A DNA stretch of 20,000 nucleotides from an uncultured virus (IMG/VR IMGVR_UViG_3300011612_000001) (taxonomy: Duplodnaviria > Heunggongvirae > Uroviricota > Caudoviricetes). A program made the position numbers and the translations under genes. Where the stretch lies: positions 45,697-65,696 of IMG/VR virus record IMGVR_UViG_3300011612_000001; one strand, given 5' to 3'. Below the pieces are notes generated by a model. That model had not been told where the DNA came from. It worked only from the letters and a program-made list of their open reading frames with translations, and did not search any database. Numbering within the stretch: the first letter of the stretch is position 1; every line of letters starts with the position of its first letter. Positions 15,088-20,000 of this stretch are shown piece by piece.

Positions 15088-15863
15088 GACTTGAAAGCGC
15101 CGTTAAGTTTCACTCACCCAAATCACCACAACTAACAGACTCACCCAGGGCTACAGCCTCCGAGGCGTTAACAGGTACGGATGTGATGGCGGCATTCGGC
15201 ATGGTGCAGAGTCGCGCTTCGCTCGGGTTCAGTGCTTTCAGCGGCAAGATGAACCTGAGCGATAACGACAAAAGGAAAGCAGTTCAGTTACTGGTACAGC
15301 ATGGGATGAAGCATTGCGACAAGGTTGCAGCCTTTCGCAAGCTCGAAACCAATATTAAGGGCAAGGTCGTGCAAACGCTCGCAACTTTCGCGTACCAGGA
15401 TTATTGCCGCTCTGCCGCCAGTCAGCTTACCTGCCCGTGCTGCAAAGGCGCAGGGGTTATCAGGAAAAAGGAAATGGTGGTAAAGCACCCGGGATGCGGA
15501 GAGAAAACCCCAGCCAAAACAGCGGAGGAAACGGTGGAGGTGACCTGCACCAAATGCAAAGGTCGTGGAGTTCTCTCGACATCGTGCGTTAAATGCAGGG
15601 GGCGCGGTGTTGCTCTGGACAGGAAGAAATCAGAAGAGCAGGGCGTGCCGGTTATGAGTCCCTGTAAGCAGTGCTCAGGGCGTGGGTATGAAAAGTTGCC
15701 AGCAGCTTCATGTTACAGAGCAATCTGCAAGTTTACCGATGCTATCTCCCCGGGCGTGTGGGATAAGGCGATCAAGCCATTCTATGAGTCATTAATACTG
15801 GAACTCGAAAAGGAAGAATCCGCAGCAGATGCCATTTTGGCGAAAGTTACGAGCAAAGTTTGA
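15084..15863 (+). CDS. Q: Q late antiterminator (lambda-Q family, four CxxCxGxG repeats)
   Basis: MRLES..KFHSPKSP..TDSPRATAS..LTGTDVMAA, DYCRSAAS; directly before pR' and lysis genes. Confidence 0.94.
   Translation: MRLESAVKFHSPKSPQLTDSPRATASEALTGTDVMAAFGMVQSRASLGFSAFSGKMNLSDNDKRKAVQLLVQHGMKHCDKVAAFRKLETNIKGKVVQTLATFAYQDYCRSAASQLTCPCCKGAGVIRKKEMVVKHPGCGEKTPAKTAEETVEVTCTKCKGRGVLSTSCVKCRGRGVALDRKKSEEQGVPVMSPCKQCSGRGYEKLPAASCYRAICKFTDAISPGVWDKAIKPFYESLILELEKEESAADAILAKVTSKV
15352..15384 (-). promoter_or_regulatory. paQ, CII-activated antisense promoter inside Q
   Basis: GCAA at 15361, 15371 and 15381 (TTGC-N6-TTGC on minus); TAATAT at the same 13-nt spacing as in pRE. Confidence 0.7.
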
Positions 15864-15882
15864 ATCCGGTAACGATTGCACC

Positions 15883-15911
15883 TTGCAAAATGACGAAAGC
15901 TAGAATATCAT
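15883..15911 (+). promoter_or_regulatory. pR' late promoter
   Basis: TTGCAA-17 bp-TATCAT just after Q, followed by a -10-like pause candidate, a hairpin and tR'. Confidence 0.75.
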
Positions 15912-15959
15912 CGACCTAACACTATAAATCCGTCTGAATGTTACGGTGGATTTAAAGAG

Positions 15960-15989
15960 AAGCCCTGAGTTAATAGCTCGGGGCTTTTT
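15960..15989 (+). terminator. tR'
   Basis: AAGCCC(T)GAGTTA-A-TAGCTCGGGCTT-TTT. Confidence 0.82.
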
Positions 15990-16087
15990 CGTATCTGCAC
16001 AACAGGCAATTGAGTTAAATCACTGAATATTTTCTCTAATGGTGCTAGCTATGTTCATTCTACAAACCAACTATCTGGAGAAGGGGA

Positions 16088-16569
16088 TGCGAATTAGCTA
16101 TGACACGCTGATCGAAAAGAAAAGAGAGCTTCTCGATAAGCAATCAAAGAGAAAAGAAGAACTACAGGCTGATGCTATCGACCTGTTTAGAGAGTTTAAA
16201 GACTCTCTTAATTTGCCTGATGATTACACAATTGATTGTGAAGGCCGTAAAATTCAATATACGAGCACCTGTATCAAGAACGATTCTGGGTATTTCGAGC
16301 CTAGACCTCCACACGCATTGCAGCCAGGTTCGGATTATCAACTCATTTTCTACATTGGTGTGATGGTTAACTCTGGCGAGCCTGGCGGAGACTGGATATT
16401 CATTCCGATTGAGATGTGGTACGAGCGAAAATCTTTGATAGTGGTGTCTGGGGTGGAGCGCGCAAGCTTAAGGGTGCACTCAGATAAGTCAGATGGTCGC
16501 TTCTTTGAAGTTGCGGCAATGATTAAACAGAGCTGCCTCAAAGCGCTGACAGATCCCCGCCTTGAGTAA
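16088..16569 (+). CDS. Moron, hypothetical protein (~160 aa; alternative starts 16039/16051)
   Basis: GGAGAAGGGG RBS before MRISYD; AT-richer than neighbours; own terminator; between tR' and holin. Exact start uncertain. Confidence 0.75.
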
Positions 16570-16589
16570 CTAAATGAAAATCATCATAA

Positions 16590-16613
16590 CAGGTCGCTAA
16601 TGCGGCCTTTTTT
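16590..16613 (+). terminator. Moron terminator
   Basis: AGGTCGC-TAAT-GCGGCCT-TTTTT. Confidence 0.8.
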
Positions 16614-16696
16614 ATTGCCTTATTCGCATCAAAAAATGAGCCGAATAACTCCCTCATTCGGCTCATCAAAGCAACTCGAAAAAGAACATCCTCTTG

Positions 16697-16724
16697 CCCT
16701 GGCTAATGCCGGGGTTTTTATTTT
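16697..16724 (+). terminator. Terminator before holin
   Basis: CCCTGGC-TAAT-GCCGGGG-TTTTT. Confidence 0.7.
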
Positions 16725-16822
16725 CAGGCCCGGACAATCAACCCCCATCGATTGCTTAACCGAGTGTCCGTGGCCTGACCCTTCGACTACTCACAGCACC
16801 CCCTGACAACTGGAGGTGTGGA

Positions 16823-17122
16823 ATGCATCGCATGAATACAAACAACGGCTTTTGGTCGTATTTCTGGTCTTCAATAACAGGATTTCTGACCATGCTGACA
16901 TTGCAGGATGTGCTGTTTGCATTTGGCGCGGTGGTCTCTGCGTTGTTCGCATGGCTGACCTACCGGTCAAACGACAGGAAAAATAAAGCCGAAACTGAAG
17001 AAAACCGGAAGCGAACGGAAATACTCAAGGCAGCTTATGCGCGGGGTGACGTTAACAGCATCCCGGAAGCGGCAAAAATCGTTCAGGACATCGACGCGGT
17101 AATGCAGCCGCAGGATAAATAA
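16823..17122 (+). CDS. Holin with possible dual start (M-H-R-M)
   Basis: GGAGG RBS; N-terminal hydrophobic segments, charged C-terminus; directly before endolysin. Confidence 0.8.
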   Translation: MHRMNTNNGFWSYFWSSITGFLTMLTLQDVLFAFGAVVSALFAWLTYRSNDRKNKAETEENRKRTEILKAAYARGDVNSIPEAAKIVQDIDAVMQPQDK

Positions 17123-17123
17123 C

Positions 17124-17660
17124 ATGACACCGAGAAATAAGCTTAGCGCCGCTGTGCTTGGACTTATTCTGGCCGGTGCATCTGCCCCTGCAATTCTCGA
17201 TCAGTTCCTGAACGAGAAAGAAGGTAACAGCCTTACCGCCTATCGTGACGGGTCCGGCATCTGGACTATTTGCCGTGGTGCCACGCAGGTAGATGGTAAG
17301 CCGGTACGTCAGGGTATGAAATTAACTCAGGCTAAATGCGACCAGGTGAATGCTGTTGAGCGAGACAAAGCGCTGGCATGGGTTCAAAGAAATATCCGCG
17401 TATCGCTGACCGAGCCCCAGAAAGCCGGTATTGCTTCTTTTTGCCCGTACAACATCGGTCCAGGTAAATGCTTCCCTTCGACGTTTTACCAGAGAATTAA
17501 CGCCGGTGACCGGAAAGGTGCATGCGAGGCCATTCGCTGGTGGATCCGCGACGGCGGTAAAGACTGCCGCTTAACCAGGGGCCAGAAGAATGGCTGTTAC
17601 GGTCAGGTAGAGCGACGTGACCAGGAAAGTGCGCTGGCATGCTGGGGACTGGACAAATGA
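17124..17660 (+). CDS. SAR endolysin (GH24 lysozyme, phage 21 R-like)
   Basis: Weakly hydrophobic SAR segment LSAAVLGLILAGASA; catalytic E-8x-D-5x-T in EKEG...AYRDGSGIWTICRG. Confidence 0.94.
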   Translation: MTPRNKLSAAVLGLILAGASAPAILDQFLNEKEGNSLTAYRDGSGIWTICRGATQVDGKPVRQGMKLTQAKCDQVNAVERDKALAWVQRNIRVSLTEPQKAGIASFCPYNIGPGKCFPSTFYQRINAGDRKGACEAIRWWIRDGGKDCRLTRGQKNGCYGQVERRDQESALACWGLDK

Positions 17661-18109
17661 CACTGAAAGCCTGGCTGATTATCGGCATTGAACTGCTCTT
17701 ATCTGTCCTGATTACTTATGTTCTGCTCGGACAAATCGTCGATGCGAAAAAACGCGCTGCTGATGCCGAGCAAAGCCTGAAGCTGGCGAACGCGACCATT
17801 AACGACATGCAGGTGCGCCAGCGCGACGTCGCAGCACTGGATACCAAATACACACAGGAATTAGCCGATGCGAAAAAGCAGCTTGATGATTTGCAGCGTT
17901 GCGTTCGTGATGGTAAGTGCGGGTTGCGCATCAACGCCAAGTGTCCCGCGAGCGGAGCGACCAGCACCGGCGGCATGGGCGATGCTTCCTCCCCCCGACT
18001 TAATGACTCCGCTGAACGGGATTATTTCACCCTCAGAGAGCGAATCGAAATAGTGACAAAGCAGGTTGGTTACCTGCAGGACTACATCAACACGCAGTGT
18101 CTGAAATAA
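17657..18109 (+). CDS. Rz: Rz inner-membrane spanin
   Basis: N-terminal TM helix, DMQVRQRDVAALD.KYT.ELADAK, AERDYFTLRERI, LQDYI.TQC; ATGA overlap with endolysin. Confidence 0.92.
   Translation: MTLKAWLIIGIELLLSVLITYVLLGQIVDAKKRAADAEQSLKLANATINDMQVRQRDVAALDTKYTQELADAKKQLDDLQRCVRDGKCGLRINAKCPASGATSTGGMGDASSPRLNDSAERDYFTLRERIEIVTKQVGYLQDYINTQCLK
17868..18053 (+). CDS. Rz1: Rz1 outer-membrane lipoprotein spanin nested in Rz
   Basis: +1 frame; lipobox SAG-C; Pro-rich PAPAAWAM.PPPDL.TPLNGIISPS. Confidence 0.92.
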   Translation: MRKSSLMICSVAFVMVSAGCASTPSVPRAERPAPAAWAMLPPPDLMTPLNGIISPSESESK

Positions 18110-18151
18110 AAAATCTTGACCGCACTTTGCAAAGTACAAAGTCCATTAAAT

Positions 18152-18179
18152 GAGCCTCGCGAATATGCGGGGCTTTTTT
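18152..18179 (+). terminator. Terminator after Rz
   Basis: AGCCTCGC-GAATAT-GCGGGGCT-TTTTT. Confidence 0.8.
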
Positions 18180-18220
18180 ATGTCCGCAGTAAAACGCGCG
18201 TCGCAGCGCATAGATAACCC

Positions 18221-18316
18221 GAGTCTTTCAGAAAGCTGAGCCTGAGAACTGCCGTATATGGTGGCGACCATCTCGGGGCGGCTTTTCTGTGCGAACAGGC
18301 TCATCTTTCTAAAAGG
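18221..18316 (+). promoter_or_regulatory. Structured 5' leader, copy 1
   Basis: GAGTCTTTCAG...TGAGCCTG...GGCGGCTTT...GTGCGAACAGGCTCA...CTAAAAGG; shared with 19409-19485. Confidence 0.7.
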
Positions 18317-18325
18317 TAAACCGCA

Positions 18326-18871
18326 ATGACATACCCAACAGTGATCGTAAATGGCGTCTCCGTCCGCGTGGACGAAAAAGGCAGATATAGCCTGAATGAC
18401 CTTCATGCTGCCGCCGTTCTGAAAGGCGAGGCTACTGAGTCGCAAAAGCCAGGCAAATTCATCCGTAGTGCTTCAGTAAAACGGTTTGTTCAGGCGCTGG
18501 CAGGCAAAGGACAAAAATGTCCTCTGTAAGATAACCCGGCACTTAGGGTAATTCGCGGTGGTGACGAGCCCGGCGTATGGGGAGCAGAGCTACTGGCAAT
18601 CCGATATGCAGCCTGGATCAAGCCGGAGTTTGAAATCCGCGTTTATGAAACCTTTCGGGAAGCGGTGCTCAACGGCCTGAGTAACATGAACCGCCTTAAC
18701 CGTCTCGACTTGCTGATCGCTAATGAGATCAAAGAGGTCAGCGCCTGCGCCAAGACCATGAACAAATGGGGAGTCGGGGGACGTAAGAAGCTACTGAATG
18801 GTGCCCGCGAAAGGATAATCGAACAGATGGATCCTGACATGGTCGCAATGATGGAAGATAAAGCAGCGTAA
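18326..18871 (+). pseudogene. KilA-N domain gene interrupted by one in-frame TAA (18527-18529)
   Basis: GRYSLNDLHAA before the stop; RVIRGG..PGVWG.ELLAIRYAAWIKPEFEIRVYETF continues in the same frame and joins ORF 18665-18871 (181 codons in total). Confidence 0.88.
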
Positions 18872-18982
18872 TTAACCTGAGAGCCTCTTTCACAACGGCT
18901 TTCCATTACAAAGCTCATCGGCGGGTGGGCTTGAAAATGGAAAAAATTAAAGCTTATATTATGGTTGACATAATCCATTGTT

Positions 18983-19012
18983 TTGCAATGGTTATTTTGT
19001 TGTTGGTATAAT
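18983..19012 (+). promoter_or_regulatory. Sigma70 promoter of moron
   Basis: TTGCAA-18 bp-TATAAT with extended -10 (TG-G-TATAAT) in an AT-rich tract. Confidence 0.7.
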
Positions 19013-19040
19013 TAACTCGTTCCACAGATAGGGGGTTAAT

Positions 19041-19319
19041 ATGCTGACAATAATTCTGTTTGACGATGGGAAGCCTGGCTTGATTTGGCCTACCGAAGAA
19101 ATTGGCAAAGTGGTAAAAGTCCCTGACTACCAGTTTAAGGCTCGAGAAATGCTCGGTGGTGTGGCGGTCATGCCTGATGTGGAGTATCAGGTCTATGAGT
19201 TCCAGATGGATGACGAGATTTATCTGATTGGAGTAAATGGGGGCAGGCCAAGCGACGATGTAATTAAGTCTCACATCAAGCATGGCGACCCCAAGCCGAA
19301 ACCATACAAAACACTGTAA
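19041..19319 (+). CDS. Moron, hypothetical protein (92 aa)
   Basis: Own promoter, AGGGGG RBS, own terminator. Confidence 0.78.
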   Translation: MLTIILFDDGKPGLIWPTEEIGKVVKVPDYQFKAREMLGGVAVMPDVEYQVYEFQMDDEIYLIGVNGGRPSDDVIKSHIKHGDPKPKPYKTL

Positions 19320-19340
19320 CCGCCTCCGGGCGGTTTTTTA
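19318..19340 (+). terminator. Moron terminator
   Basis: AACCGCC-TCCG-GGCGGTT-TTTT. Confidence 0.82.
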
Positions 19341-19353
19341 TTGCCACCACATC

Positions 19354-19383
19354 AAGCCACTGGCATCCGCTGGTGGCTTTTTT
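19354..19383 (+). terminator. Second tandem terminator
   Basis: AAGCCAC(T)GGC-ATCC-GCTGGTGGCTT-TTTT. Confidence 0.75.
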
Positions 19384-19408
19384 ATGCGCCTCGTACGCGC
19401 ACCAAAGA

Positions 19409-19485
19409 GAGTCTTTCAGTCGTGAGCCTGGGGAAACCGTTTCTCTCTGGCGGCTTTCCCGTGCGACAGGCTCACACCTAAAAGG
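19409..19485 (+). promoter_or_regulatory. Structured 5' leader, copy 2
   Basis: GAGTCTTTCAG..TGAGCCTG-GGGAAACCG...GGCGGCTTTCCC-GTGCGACAGGCTCA..CTAAAAGG. Confidence 0.7.
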
Positions 19486-19493
19486 AAATCAAG

Positions 19494-19919
19494 ATGAGTA
19501 AAATTCTGTACTGGCATGTGAAGCTATATCACCGTATTTTCACGGGATTTAATGGTGGTGGATTCGGTGGTTGTGGTGGCTCTGGCAGCAACATGTATGG
19601 GCATGAAAAACTGTTTATTGAAGGTTATTCAAAAGATAAGCCACATATTTATCTTGAAGATAATCAAACCATTGAGCTTTTAACCGATCCGCATGGGTTA
19701 GAAACGACCGCCGTTAGCACTGCCACCGTCGAGAGAATCGTCAGTACTCCGGTTTATGAAGAAGAACCAAGGTCAGCTTTTATCACCGCCGCTGAACCGT
19801 TGATGAAATACCTAGCTGAAAACCACAATCCCCACGCATCCGTTATCGTCAACTCAACCAGTGCCGAACTGGTGACAGGCGAAATGTCGTACTCCACCGA
19901 CGCATTCCTGAAAGACTGA
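19494..19919 (+). CDS. Hypothetical protein (141 aa) with Gly-rich segment
   Basis: AAGGA RBS; uninterrupted ORF before terminase. Confidence 0.75.
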   Translation: MSKILYWHVKLYHRIFTGFNGGGFGGCGGSGSNMYGHEKLFIEGYSKDKPHIYLEDNQTIELLTDPHGLETTAVSTATVERIVSTPVYEEEPRSAFITAAEPLMKYLAENHNPHASVIVNSTSAELVTGEMSYSTDAFLKD

Positions 19920-19980
19920 CGGCATTACAGGAGCCATTCACCAAGTGGCTCCGATAATGTCAAACAGCAGGTGATTCAAC

Positions 19981-20000
19981 ATGGCAAAACCGGACTGGGG
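19981..20000 (+). CDS. Probable terminase small subunit, first codons only
   Basis: AGGTGA RBS then MAKPDWG, a common TerS N-terminus, at the expected position. Confidence 0.6.

Larger units (their letters stand above)
1..20000. mobile_element. Lambdoid temperate phage/prophage segment (early left operon to start of head genes)
   Basis: Canonical order ea-ssb-erf-kil-cIII-N-cI-cro-cII-replication-nin-Q-holin-endolysin-Rz/Rz1-terminase, with divergent transcription from the immunity region. Confidence 0.98.

Noticed and set aside
15990..16820. tRNA genes in the Q-lysis interval
   Set aside because: No cloverleaf or T-loop GTTCGA pattern found by eye
18116..18150. TTGACC plus ACTTTGCAAAGT palindrome as a promoter/operator after Rz
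   Set aside because: No -10 at proper spacing, and a terminator follows immediately
18527..18529. Stop-codon reassignment or programmed readthrough
   Set aside because: TAA ends many genes normally here, it is the only in-frame interruption seen, and no suppressor tRNA is present

Overview
The whole window is the early-to-late part of a lambdoid (lambda/P22/HK-type) temperate phage or prophage of an enterobacterium. The leftward pL operon holds N, cIII, kil, an HNH endonuclease, erf, ssb and Ea/Ead-type genes. The immunity region is OL - small ORF - bstA-like abortive-infection gene - cI - OR - cro - nutR - cII - oop. Replication is not O/P but a small ORF, a repeat-rich spacer, a RepL-like HTH protein, an SF2 helicase, an HNH-AP2 endonuclease and a Zn-ribbon/TOPRIM primase. 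Then come a nin region, Q/pR', a moron, holin - SAR endolysin - Rz/Rz1, a string of terminator-bounded cassettes and the first codons of a probable small terminase. Most notable: (i) a candidate cognate aba self-immunity element, a 14-bp direct repeat straddling the bstA start; (ii) two copies of a covarying, RBS-sequestering structured RNA leader in front of unrelated post-lysis genes; (iii) an SSB whose DDDIPF tip is buried by a 15-aa extension while a nearby small protein ends in a free DEMPF; (iv) a KilA-N gene broken by one in-frame stop. All family calls come from recalled motifs and gene order, not from database searches.
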